DNA of 63,407 nucleotides, filler included, from Octopus bimaculoides (GCF_001194135.2; 5 parts of 5 records of this genome joined end to end with filler, not necessarily neighbours in it); one strand, 5' to 3'; numbered from the whole stretch's first letter, positions 48,895 through 60,351 are shown. The notes: generated by a model not told the origin, from the sequence alone. A program made the numbers and translations.

Positions 48895-49349
48895 CAAACC
48901 CACACATATATATATATATAAATATACGTCTATATCTATATCTATATATATATATATATATATAATAAAAATAATCCTTGGATGGAATTTATAGATATTT
49001 TAATGCGTCGCAACGTGCGTTTCCACCAATCGCTTGTCTCTTAAGATCACAGTCCGTATTCCTGGCCATCGGGTTGATCATCTTCATGGAATCATTTCTT
49101 CAGGCGATATAACATTAGTAGATGTTTAACTGAGGATTGTTTATCCCTTTTGACAAGGCGAAGGTTGATTGAGTTCTTTGGGTATTTCTGTGTGTATTTG
49201 GTGGGAAGGAAGGGGAAAGTGATGGAAAGAGAGGAATGAATGGTAGTTATATGCGGATGGATGTGTGTATGGTAATGCTGGTCTTATTTTGCTATTCAGT
49301 TTGTTGATGTCAAGGAGGGATAATACATTCCTTTGGTCGATCTCGTTTT

Positions 49350-50800
49350 ATGCATGACTATCTTCAATGAAGTCTGAAGTCAACAGGTCAGCCGGTACAG
49401 GCACTACAGCCATCAGCTGTTGGAGTTCATTGTCTGAAATGATAAATGATACTTTCTTAATCTGACCTTTTAATTGCTTCAGCAGAATCAACAGCAACAC
49501 CACCACCACCATCCGCACCGATAAAAACAAAAGCCAAATTGGGAAAACAACAGCACCAGCAACACAACCGCCATCACAAACGCCGACCAAAGCAACATCA
49601 ACAATGAACAAGAAGAGAAAACAAAGAACAAATTCTTCACACATACCACGTGTGAATTCAAATCACCGACGCTATCACCACCATCCTTAACACCAACACA
49701 TTTGCTGAAAGTGACAAAAAACCCACAAATTGATCGTTAACGGCTTCGCAGCTGCGATGCGTCAAACACAAGATGTAAAGCTATCAATGGATGATTTTAA
49801 AAAGTGTGTTAAAAAGAAATGGAAGAAGAATAACATTTAGCACCTCTGAAGACGTTGTAGAAGACAGGTTCAGAAAGTCAATAATATACAAAAAGATGGG
49901 AATAAAAAGCAATAAACTAGAACGGGTAACACACCGACAAACTTGAAAAGTGTCTAAGACCAATGTGGGACACGGAAACATATGTTGCAAGGGTGAGAGT
50001 TCTGGTACCAATATAACCGGGCCGTCGCGAAGCGAAAATTAAAATTGGTGACATACTACCAGAAATACGTATCTTCTGATTCGTGACATCAGTCCTCCTG
50101 GACATAAAGGCAAATATCTTCCAGGTGCAGAAACTGCAAAGACAAAATTGGTTGGGGCAAGGTATGGAGTTTTTGGTGCAGATGGACCGCGAAAGTCTTG
50201 AGGCGATCCCGGACGATGGCACTGACCTTCACGTGGTCTTTGAAGGCAGGAAGCACAAAATGTCACCTGTGTGAGGACACAAATCCTCTAAAGGCCTTTT
50301 GCCCACAGCAAAAGACAGAAGGGAGACCCCCACCTCTGTCGACACCACCACCACAACAACACCAGGAACATTACAGGCGGAGGCAGGTGACCGCCACAGC
50401 TGAAAATCAACAGTAACAGTGACAGTAACAACAATTACTGCAGCATCTACAGCAATAGCAACAGCAAAGGAGTTAGAGTAGAAAACAGAGCAAAGAGCCC
50501 ACCAGCATCAACGGCTTCCACGTTCCAGACAGCAGCAAAAACAACAGAACCAGAATCCCCCAAATCAACTGAACAACAGCAAAAATCTCCCCAAGGCATG
50601 CCCTGTCCGTTTTCGGATCACTCAGACATGTCCTATGGGGAAGAGGACAACGAAGAGTCTGAATGGCAAAAAAAGTCAGCAGGTCCAACAAAAGAAAAAG
50701 AAACAAACTCACCGGACACAAACACAAAAACCAGGCAAGTATGATCAGAGATGGGATGCCTTTGAGAAATAAGGCCACCCCAATAACTCCACTTTGAGAA
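49350..50800 (+). mobile_element. Second, more decayed Tx1-like ORF1 remnant with a degenerate zinc knuckle
   Basis: NGFAAAMRQ (cf. NGFASAAKQ), KIKIGDILPE, NWLGQGMEFLVQMDRESLEAIPD (cf. NWSGMGMKLLVQIEQDSISAIPD) and CHLCEDTNPLKAFC. Confidence 0.8.
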
Positions 50801-51016
50801 ATAACACCACCCCAATAGTAGCTACACCAGTACCGTCAACAACATCATCCCCATCACTACTATTATCACCACCACAATCACAGACACCACCATTACAAGC
50901 ATAACCCAATTCATATACACAACATTTAAACCAGACATCTCAACACTAACAAAATTTAAACATAATTAACTACACAGCAACAAACACCAACAATAAAGAA
51001 CTGATGGAACAATTAT

Positions 51017-51374
51017 TCCTAGGCACATACATACAGGCTGTCAGTATCGCTTTTGGGGTGAAGTTCCTTGTTAATTATCATCACTTTTCTGGTTTTTCTG
51101 TCCATTTCCTCAAGCTCGTTCTTTGTCCACCTAACAACACCTGCGTCATATCGCATTAAGGAAACAGCCCACATGTTCATTATCCTGATCTTGTTTTTTC
51201 ATTGAGCCTACTTCCCATAATCAATTTGGTTCTTCTGAGATATTCTCGCCTAAAGCTTTCCTCCATTCCACTTTCCATGATCTTTTAATTTTCTAAAATC
51301 TCCAGACACTTATATCCATTAGTCTAAAAATCCTTGATTTTCTCGCCGTTGGGTAGTTCTATACCATCAGATGA
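51017..51374 (-). mobile_element. R4/Dong-like retrotransposon fragment (post-RT region)
   Basis: DGIELPNGEKIK, EYLRRTKLIMGSRLN, MWAVSLMRY and ELEEMDRKTRKVM..LHPKSD..LY. Confidence 0.8.
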
Positions 51375-52080
51375 CACTGGTGGTGGTGGTGGTGGTGGTG
51401 GTGGTAAAGGACTTTCCCTTTTTCTTTGAGTAAATACTATTGTGTTTAAAAATAAATGTTTGTATTCCTGAAAGTAAAATTAGAAATAAAATAATGTACA
51501 GAATCATTGGCATTATAGTTATCACATGATTATTCTATTACTGGTCTCGACACAACGTTTTTCTTCCCTTATAAAAGAACAGTCAGCCCCATAGATGAAG
51601 TAGGGCATTACAGATGTTAAATACTATACTGGACCCTGTCTAGGTTTTAACACTGTGTAGAACACAGTATGGACTTATAAAAACATTTCATATACTTTAT
51701 AGTATGTTATAGTTGCATAACGAAATACCTCGTACCTACAAGTCATTAAGTATTACAGTTATGCTTGCAGTAAAAACCATAACAGTGATTTTGTCTGTCT
51801 GCCCGCCTAACTGTCTGTTTGTCTGTCTGTCCTTTTTACCTAAAAATGATGATAAATAACAGTGACTGGATTTATTGTTTACAGGGGTCGTCTGTTGATT
51901 GATTTCTTTCTTAGTTGGCTACTTGATTGGTTTGTTGGCTGGACGGTGAGTTGGTTGGTTAGTTACTTAGTATGTGTTTGCATGTGCGCGCGTGCATGCG
52001 TGTGTATGTCACATAAATATGGTATATATATATAGTATACATGCACATAATATATATTCTGTTATATGCAATATATATAT

Positions 52081-52296
52081 ATTGATTTCAAAGTTTATCA
52101 TAATGCCAGCAGTTACGGAAGAGGGGGTAAGTCGATTACATTGACCCCCAGTGTTCAACTAATACTTATTTTATCGACCTCGAAAGATGAAAGGTAAAGT
52201 CAATCGCGGCGAAATTTGATCTCAAAACGTAAAGACGGATACAATACCGCTAAGCATTTTGCCCGGCATGCTAATGGTTCTGCCAGCTCACCACCT
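52081..52296 (-). mobile_element. SINE family B
   Basis: Aligns with 45975-46143 including the head (GCTAATGGTTCTGCCAGCTCACCACC). Confidence 0.85.
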
Positions 52297-52606
52297 TAGT
52301 ATGTACTTATATATTATATTACATATAATATGTGCATAATAATGTATGCTCTGTACATTCTAGTATGATATATATATATATATATATANNNNNNNNNNNN
52401 NNNNNNNNNNNNNNNNNNNNNNNNNNNNNNNNNNNNNNNNNNNNNNNNNNNNNNNNNNNNNNNNNNNNNNNNNNNNNNNNNNNNNNNNNNNNNNNNNNNN
52501 NNNNNNNNNNNNNNNNNNNNNNNNNNNNNNNNNNNNNNNNNNNNNNNNNNNNNNNNNNNNNNNNNNNNNNNNNNNNNNNNNNNNNNNNNNNNNNNNNNNN
52601 NNNNNN

Positions 52607-52643
<37 letters not shown>

Positions 52644-52779
52644 TATATAGGTTTAAGACGAAGAAATGGCTACGTACAGACATACTTTTACAGCTTTCAG
52701 AGGATGATATGTTCGATCTTGTAAGAAGAATTTGATTAAAAGTTTGTAAATACAATTTTCAGTAGGATTTATACAAAAG

Positions 52780-54060
52780 AATTACAGAGATAAGGAACTC
52801 AAATACGATTTATATTCACTCTAATGAAATAAAAAATCTATACGAGGTTGACAGTTCTATAGTGAAGTGATTCTTATCAAACTCCATCACAATTCGTGTA
52901 CACCAAATCACCATCTAATATGCTAAATGATATAAACACCAATGAACAAAGGATTTCTTCCAAATTGATATCAACAACAGATATGAATCTCTTAACCCTA
53001 CGCAGCCATATTTCGGTTTTAAAGATTATATAAAGCTAACTTCAGTAAATGATCCATCTATCAGACTTTGCAACCCAACCAAATCAAATTAGAGATTATT
53101 GTTAAGGATAGCTTCGATAAAATTTTAACTGAGTTAATACATAATAATCTTAAGGAATAATGTACTTTGTTATTAACTAATTTAATTTTTTTACCGTAAA
53201 ATCTGTTTTTCAATTTTTATATTTCAAAGTTTAGCATCATTCCTCCTCGATCTCTGAGCAGTATTTTTTTCTAGAGTTCTCAGCTTCATTAGATGAAACG
53301 CTAAGATCAAAGGTAATTAAATAAAGATTATAAAGAATTGTGTTCAAATATCTCCATTTAGATCTTTAAACCCTCTAATTTAATATCAACATGAGAATGA
53401 ACGCTTACGTTGAGGTTATCAATCTCATTAGATTGTTTCCTTCTCTGAAAGTTTGCTTTTTCCGTATTTAGTAGGAGGTTTGTATAGAAATAATGGCCTC
53501 CTAATTTTCTGCAAATAACTGAAATCAATTTAATAAGACTATGAAAACCTTCAGCCATATTTTCAAAACAATTTAACCAAACATAGAAACTAACTTTAAA
53601 TCCCTTAAATTTTCAGTAGTTAACGTTAGCCTTTCTTACCCGATTTTTCTACCCTTTCTAAAAACGCAATGAAGTGGTTAATTACGTACATAAAACAATA
53701 ATCCACCCTAGAAATATTGTAAAGAATCAATTTAAGGATATATCTCTTAGATTTTCTAATAGTTCAGCTAACGAGCGAATCTGTAAAGAACATTCTCTTT
53801 ATCAAGACGCTTTGAACAGAAGCGAATTCCAGGAGCAGATTGAATATAATGAGTCTAAATCTATGAACTTCAAAGATAAAGGGAAAAAAACATATGTTGT
53901 TTAATGCGGCCTTCAGTTTCGAAGCAGCCACCGCTCCCATTCCTAAAATGTTCTTTTCTTTAAATAGAAACACTTTCCTCGTGAAAATCGATATGGTATT
54001 TTCAGGAACTTTAAGCACAACCGAGTTTCAATCGAACTAGTTCGAATATAATGAAAGTGA
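52780..54060 (+). mobile_element. Highly decayed Penelope-like element ORF remnant
   Basis: Fragments PSIRLCNPTKS, YVHK..HP..IVK, ISLRFSNSSANE, YQDAL and FN..F..KHFP, typical of PLE RT/thumb/linker regions. Confidence 0.65.
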
Positions 54061-54284
54061 AAGTAGTCTAACAATATATACATGTGTGTGCGTGTGTGTA
54101 TGTATGTATTTATACTACACAGCAATTTCCTTCGATAATGGAACTGCAACTATAACATCCTACATATATTTCTATTTTTACTTTTATTCTCTTATTTACC
54201 GTTATATTTCCTATATCCATCCATTTCCAAAATAACTTCTTATACTGAACTCTACTATTTCCCTCTAGTTAACTCTCTCATAAC

Positions 54285-54332
54285 GTCTCTGATGGAGCGA
54301 TATCCTTAATATCCTAGAAACAGCTGTAAGAC
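54285..54332 (+). ncRNA. Minimal type I hammerhead motif downstream of the Penelope remnant
   Basis: GUCU-CUGAUGG-ag(c)gaua..uauccu-a-GAAAC-AGCU-GUA-AGAC: stem I GUCU/AGAC, palindromic ACAGCUGU stem III, GUA site. A9 reads G. Confidence 0.7.
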
Positions 54333-54565
54333 AAACTTTGTACTTATAAATTTCCTAAAAACTCCACACAGCCTTGGCTTTGTTGTCTCATTCTATTTAA
54401 CATAAACATGCTCACACAAGACCCGCATTAGGCTCCTCACTCGTATTATCAAACCCAGTGTCTGACTACGGTCCTTCCATAGCACTTACATATCCTTACC
54501 TGCCATCCTGGGTCTACTGGATACCAATACCTCTTATATGTATATATAAATAAATATATATATAT

Positions 54566-54604
<39 letters not shown>

Positions 54605-54952
54605 TCTATTTTAACGTTCTTTTTTAACGTAGTATTTTCGCGCGAACTCTTGCTTAAAACGCTATAGCTATTAGATAACGTCTTAGTTTTTCAGTTTGAA
54701 TTACGGAAAAATTTGGATAAGTACTGTTTTCACTTTGCTAAAGATTTTCTACTATTTGAAAATAATATGTATTCTTGTTTTTATACTATTCATTTGGTTC
54801 TTTATAGATTATTTTAATAGATAACTTATTTAACACTATATTATTTAGGAGTTATAGTTTCATTTCAACATAATATTAGAACTTCGATTGGAATAGTGTT
54901 GATATATTTTCGATTATTTTTGATTAATATTATTTGATTAATTATTAATCTT

Positions 54953-55052
54953 NNNNNNNNNNNNNNNNNNNNNNNNNNNNNNNNNNNNNNNNNNNNTTAA
55001 TTAATTAANNNNNNNNNNNNNNNNNNNNNNNNNNNNNNNNNNNNNNNNNNNN
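54953..55052. other. Artificial scaffold-join spacer
   Basis: N44-TTAATTAATTAA-N44. Confidence 0.95.
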
Positions 55053-55430
55053 CATCCATGCGAACACATTTCTCTCTTACGACATCACTATTCTCTCTCC
55101 TACACTGTCTTGCAACACGAAATACCTCAAGTCTTTGGTCCTCACGGCGCAGAACATTGGTAAATCTTTTCTTATCTGCTTCCCCTCTGGCTAAATAAAC
55201 CTGTCGCCTCGCCTCCCTTCTGGCAGATTGGTACAATTCCCTGCTACCACCGTTCTTCCAGTCCTTCCAAGCCTGTTTCTTTTGTCTAATAGCCCTGTCT
55301 ACCTCTTTGTTCCACCACCATGTTACTCTGGGTCGAGAGGGGACCTTACACCAGCCACAGATCTGGTCGGTGGCTCTCAACAGGTTGTCTCTCAGAAATC
55401 TCCAATTGTCTTCCAAAATCTCCAATTGTC
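55053..55430 (-). mobile_element. RTE-clade LINE internal fragment
   Basis: RPRVTWWWNKEVDRAIRQKKQAWKDWK..YQSARREARRQVYLARGEA. Confidence 0.85.
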
Positions 55431-55670
55431 TTCCAAATCTCCAATAAAGATTTCGTAATGAGATAAAAAAACCAAGACTGTGTATAATATGGAACATTTA
55501 TAAATAGAAGGTCTTGCAGCTGTAAGACCTTCTCTTTATCTGATTACGAAATCCTTATATTCACATGCTAATATATGACCTACGTTGGACCCCTTATTCG
55601 CATAATCACCGAACCTGGAGCTTAACTACCTCAAACCTCTGGGTCTAATTGACACCACTTTCGCTCATAA

Positions 55671-55705
<35 letters not shown>

Positions 55706-56249
55706 NNNNNNNNNNNNNNNNNNNNNNNNNNNNNNNNNNNNNNNNNNNNNNNNNNNNNNNNNNNNNNNNNNNNNNNNNNNNNNNNNNNNNNNNNNNNNNN
55801 NNNNNNNNNNNNNNNNNNNNNNNNNNNNNNNNNNNNNNNNNNNNNNNNNNNNNNNNNNNNNNNNNNNNNNNNNNNNNNNNNNNNNNNNNNNNNNNNNNNN
55901 NNNNNNNNNNNNNNNNNNNNNNNNNNNNNNNNNNNNNNNNNNNNNNNNNNNNNNNNNNNNNNNNNNNNNNNNNNNNNNNNNNNNNNNNNNNNNNNNNNNN
56001 NNNNNNNNNNNNNNNNNNNNNNNNNNNNNNNNNNNNNNNNNNNNNNNNNNNNNNNNNNNNNNNNNNNNNNNNNNNNNNNNNNNNNNNNNNNNNNNNNNNN
56101 NNNNNNNNNNNNNNNNNNNNNNNNNNNNNNNNNNNNNNNNNNNNNNNNNNNNNNNNNNNNNNNNNNNNNNNNNNNNNNNNNNNNTATATATAATATATAT
56201 ACATTTATATACATCATCATCATCCTCATCAAAACAGACGTTAAATGAT

Positions 56250-57235
56250 AATGATGTCTTTACACGTGGCAGATGTGCAGGTACATTAAACACCAGAAAT
56301 GTACAAAAAATAGACTCCCTCTATTGTCAGTGGGGTGCGATCCTTAGAAGTAGTAGACAGTTTTTGATAGCAGGAGACAGTTTCCAAGTTAGTAGAGGGG
56401 GAGGTTGTTCTGAAAGCATAGCTGCTAGAATAAGAATAGGCTGGGCAAAGTTCAGAGAGCTTCTACCTCTGCTAGTAATGAAGGGCCTCTCCCTCAGAGT
56501 GAAAAGCAGATTGTATGATGCCTGTGTATGAACAGCTATGTTACATGGTAGTGAGACATGGGCTGTGACTTCTGAGGATATGTAAAGGCTTGAAAGAAGT
56601 GAATCCAGTATGCTCTGCTGGATGAGTAATGTCAGTATGCATATAGGACAGAGTGTAAGTGATTTGAGAAAAAACTGGGTATACGAGGCATCAGATGTAG
56701 TGTGCAAGAGAGAACACTACACTGGTATGGTCATGCAATGCATATGAATGAAGACAGTAGCACCAAGAGGTGCCAATCTCTAATTGTAGAGGAAACATGT
56801 GAAAGGGGTAGACCCAGGAAGACATGGGAGGAAGTGGTGAGAAAAGATGACAGGGGACCAAAACTCCTGGCAGTTTGCTGTGCTTGAGAAGACATGTCAA
56901 GTTAAGTAAAAGTGTGGTTGTCCTTGCATACAGGCATGTTCTCTGTATCCCTCTCCAACTGAGCGTTTCTAATCTTGCGAGCTCATGGATGGTGGTGCTA
57001 TGTAAAAAGCACCCAACTTGGTGCTACATGAATGCACCCATGCCAGTGCTGTGTCAAAGCAGCCAGTACACTCTGTAAAGTGGTTGGTATTAAAAGGGCA
57101 TGCAGCTGCAGAAACCATGCCAAAACATACATATAACCTGGGCAGCTCTTTTGCTGGTCAGCTCCTGTCAAACTGTCCAACCCATGCCAGCATGGAGAAT
57201 GGACATTAAATGATGATGATGATGATGATGATAAT
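56250..57235 (+). mobile_element. RTE LINE 3' third with (GAT)n tail
   Basis: GGGCSESIAARIRIGWAKFRELLPLL, HGSETW, LHWYGH and RGRPRKTWEEVV, then the shared 3' UTR ending CCCATGCCAGCATGGA..GGACATTAAATGATGATG. Confidence 0.92.
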
Positions 57236-57505
57236 GCTATATATATAATATAAATAATATATATTTGTATATATATATGTATATATATACATAAATTTAA
57301 TAATAAGGGTAGAAATTGATATTAATAAATTAAAACCAGTGGTCTAGCATATTTTAAAAAATCCAAAGATCAAAATTATATTACATACAAAATTAAGAGG
57401 AATGACCAGCAAAAGTGAATCCTATATGCTAGATTTAGGTGATTTGGCATCTATTTCTAGCATATAGGAGTCCACTTTTGCTGGTCATTCCTCTTAATTT
57501 TGTAT

Positions 57506-57810
57506 TGCCAGTCCTGCTGGGTTTGTTGCCAGTGCCGCTGGACTGGCTCCTGTGCAGGTGGCACGTAAAATACACCATTTCAAGCGTGGCCATTGCCAGT
57601 ACCCCCTGACTGGCCTTCGTGCCGGTGGCATGTAAAAGCACCCACTACACTCTCTGAGTGGTTGGCATTAGGAAGGGCATCCAGCTGTAGAAACTCTGCC
57701 AAATCAGATTGGAGCCTGGTGTAGCCATCTGGTTTCACCGGTCCTCAGTCAAATCGTCCAACCCATGTTAGCATGGAAAGTGGACATTAAACAATGATTA
57801 TGATGATGAT
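57506..57810 (+). mobile_element. RTE 3' UTR fragment with (GAT)n tail
   Basis: Similar to 58610-58873 and to the reverse complement of 61297-61590. Confidence 0.85.
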
Positions 57811-57829
57811 ATATATATATATATGCATA

Positions 57830-58060
57830 TATGGGTACAGGATGTCATCAACTGTGTAAACAACATGAAAAATGAAAACAAATGAGCTAAATGCACAAAC
57901 AATGAGAGAGAAAATGGAAAACAGGATAAGTAAACACAGAGAACAACCCTTCATCAGTTGTCGGCTGTCTATCTACTCCTCATTTCAAGCATTCAACGAC
58001 AATATGAGTCTTCAAAGACAGTTGCTCCATAAATTCTAAAATAAAATTTAGGATTTATGG
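57830..58060 (-). repeat. Dispersed repeat carrying the permuted-hammerhead candidate; second copy at about 58885-59067
   Basis: ACAGGA.GTCA..AACTGTGTAAACAACATGAAA..CCTTCATCAGTTGTCGGCTGTCTATCTACTC..CGACAATATG is shared. Both copies follow an RTE (GAT)n/(AT)n tail. Confidence 0.85.
57948..58008 (-). ncRNA. Candidate non-circularly permuted hammerhead ribozyme, copy A
   Basis: CUC-AUA-UUGUCG-uugaaug-CUU-GAAA-UGAG-gaguagauagacagc-CGACAA-CUGAUGA-AGG; see findings. Confidence 0.45.
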
Positions 58061-58487
58061 AAGATCAATGCTGGAAACAAAAACAGGACAGTGGAGACAT
58101 ACAAGGAAACTGAATGAGAGGAAAATGGTGAATGCTGGGAGAAATATTTTCTTTGCAAAGAGAAAAAATAGAAGAGAGAGAGAGAAAATATCTAGTCCCT
58201 TGAACGTCTGTGCAGGAAAAGAAAGATGATCACGTCAGGAAAAGAAAGATGGACGATAGTCACGTGTGAGCAATGAGAGAGAGAAAAAGAGAAAGAGAGT
58301 GAGATACAGACAGACAGATAGAAAATGGTGAAAGAGGGAGGAGGAAAAAGGGAATTAGAGAAGGATGGAGGAAGAAAACCATATAGAGTAGAGTCATGTC
58401 CGCTAGCCACTGAAGCTTTTTTTATTCTCTCTCTGTTTATTTTCTCATGTTCCTTTCTGTTGAAGAGTGTAGGCTCGAAATGTGACC

Positions 58488-58873
58488 TTCAAACATTAGG
58501 CCTCACCGAGGCAATGACTAGTAACTGAGACCTTTGGAAATATGCTGTGCGTGAGAAGACCCGGCAAGCTAAGTGAGACCATAACCCGTAGCCTTTGCCA
58601 GGGGTGCTCCTGTGCAGGTGGCACGTAAAAAACACCATTTGAGTGTGGTCGCTGCCAGTACCACCTGACTGGCCCTCGTGCTGGTGGCACGTAAAAGCAC
58701 CTACTACACTCTCGGAGTGGTTGGCGTTAGGAAGGGCATCCAGCTGTAGAAACTCTGCCAGATCAGATTGGAGCCTGGTGTAGCCATCTGGTTCACCAGT
58801 CCTCAGTCAAATCGTCCAACTCATGCTAGCATGGAAAGCGGACATTAAACAATGATGATGATGATGATGATGA
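58488..58873 (+). mobile_element. RTE 3' end with (GAT)n tail
   Basis: ORF C-terminus (DLQTLGLTEAMT) followed by the shared 3' UTR. Confidence 0.88.
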
Positions 58874-59008
58874 TATATATATATTTGTATAGGGGCACAG
58901 GACGTCACTAACTGTGTAAACAACATGAAATATGAAAACAAACAAGTTAAATACGCAAACAACGAGAGAAAAACAAGGAAAACAGGACAAGTAAACACAG
59001 AGAATGAT

Positions 59009-59067
59009 CCTTCATCAGTTGTCGGCTGTCTATCTACTCTTCATTTCAAGCATTCAACGACAATATG
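59009..59067 (-). ncRNA. Candidate permuted hammerhead, copy B (stem III shortened)
   Basis: C-AUA-UUGUCG-uugaaug-CUU-GAAA-UG(AA)-15 nt-CGACAA-CUGAUGA-AGG. Confidence 0.4.
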
Positions 59068-59114
59068 TGTTTACATATATATACACATAGACATATATAC
59101 ATATGTACATATAT

Positions 59115-59169
<55 letters not shown>

Positions 59170-59584
59170 CACACATATATATATATGAACACACATATAT
59201 CATCATCATATCATCATTGTTTTAATGTCCACTTTTCTATCCTTATACAGATCAGACAGAATTCATGAAGCAGGTTTTCTACAGCTGGCTGTCCTTTCCA
59301 AGCAAGGTGATATTTCTTGGCCAGACATGTTTTCATGGAATATTGGAAGTGAATAACATTCATCTACAACGATCACATGATGTCAAGACAAAGAGACACA
59401 AACGCACAAATACATACACATGCATGCACGCGTGCACACACACACACACACACACACGCATGCACACATGCACGCACACACACACACGCATGCACACATG
59501 CACGCACACACACACACACACATTCTAAACCCAAAGTGTAATGTAAAAAGCATTGGTGTGGATGTTGATCCCACATACAAAAAT

Positions 59585-59775
59585 TACTGGTACCAGCACC
59601 ATGTAAAAAGCACCCAGTATGCTCTGTAGAATGGTTGGTGTTAGAAATGGCATCCAGCTGTAGAAACCAAACTAAAACAGATGGAACCTGGTGTGGCCCC
59701 TTGGCCTTGCCAGTTCCTGTCAAGCCAGCCAACCCATGCCAGCATGGAAAATGAATGTTGACTGTTGATGATGAC
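59585..59775 (+). mobile_element. RTE 3' UTR fragment
   Basis: GGGCATCCAGCTGTAGAAAC..AACCCATGCCAGCATGGAAAA blocks. Confidence 0.75.
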
Positions 59776-59939
59776 GGTGGTGGTGGTGGTGGTGGTGGTG
59801 GTGGTGGTGGTGGTGGTGGTGGTGATATACATACACATATCTTTGTGTGTATGATGGGCTTCTTCTGCTTTCCATCTGGGATGGTGTGATGTCTTGACTT
59901 GTGCATGACATGGATTAAAGTGAGGGAGGGTTGTCTAAG

Positions 59940-60310
59940 GTCCTCTGCCTCATTCTCTTGTCCTTTCCTGTCTGATTCTAGTTGCAGGACTAAGTCAAAA
60001 CAACTAGGGATAGGTCAAGATGCAGTGGATGGCTGCAACATCGTTCATGTCAAACTGTGCCCTGTTGGCACTCCACAATGTCTACTGGTCCACCCTTCTG
60101 CCTGTTGAAACAATCTGGTAGTTTCTTCCACAGTTTGTCGGGAGCAGTCTTCATATGCATAGGTAGACAAGTCCTAGCTCACCGAATGTTTGAGAGGTGC
60201 CGGCTACCTTCATTATGGTTTAACCAGTCTGTGGAAGCATTGCCCAGAATCTGGCTGCTGTTGCATACAGACATTTTTGAGGAGCCACAGGCAAGAGCTA
60301 GATGTCAGGT
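59940..60310 (-). mobile_element. Possible LINE (RTE-like) C-terminal remnant
   Basis: Frameshifted pieces resembling R(W)LG.V.. and R.KGGP. Weak. Confidence 0.3.
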
Positions 60311-60315
60311 GAGGA

Positions 60316-60351
<36 letters not shown>

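Noticed and set aside
51376-51470. Minus-strand poly-proline exon
   Set aside because: The polyP comes from a (CCA)n microsatellite fused to an R4-like fragment.
58458-58487. UUGAAGA-GUGUAGGCUC-GAAAUGU hammerhead-like string
   Set aside because: C3 is absent, stem II is at most 1 bp and there is no convincing stem I. Probably a decayed pLTR.
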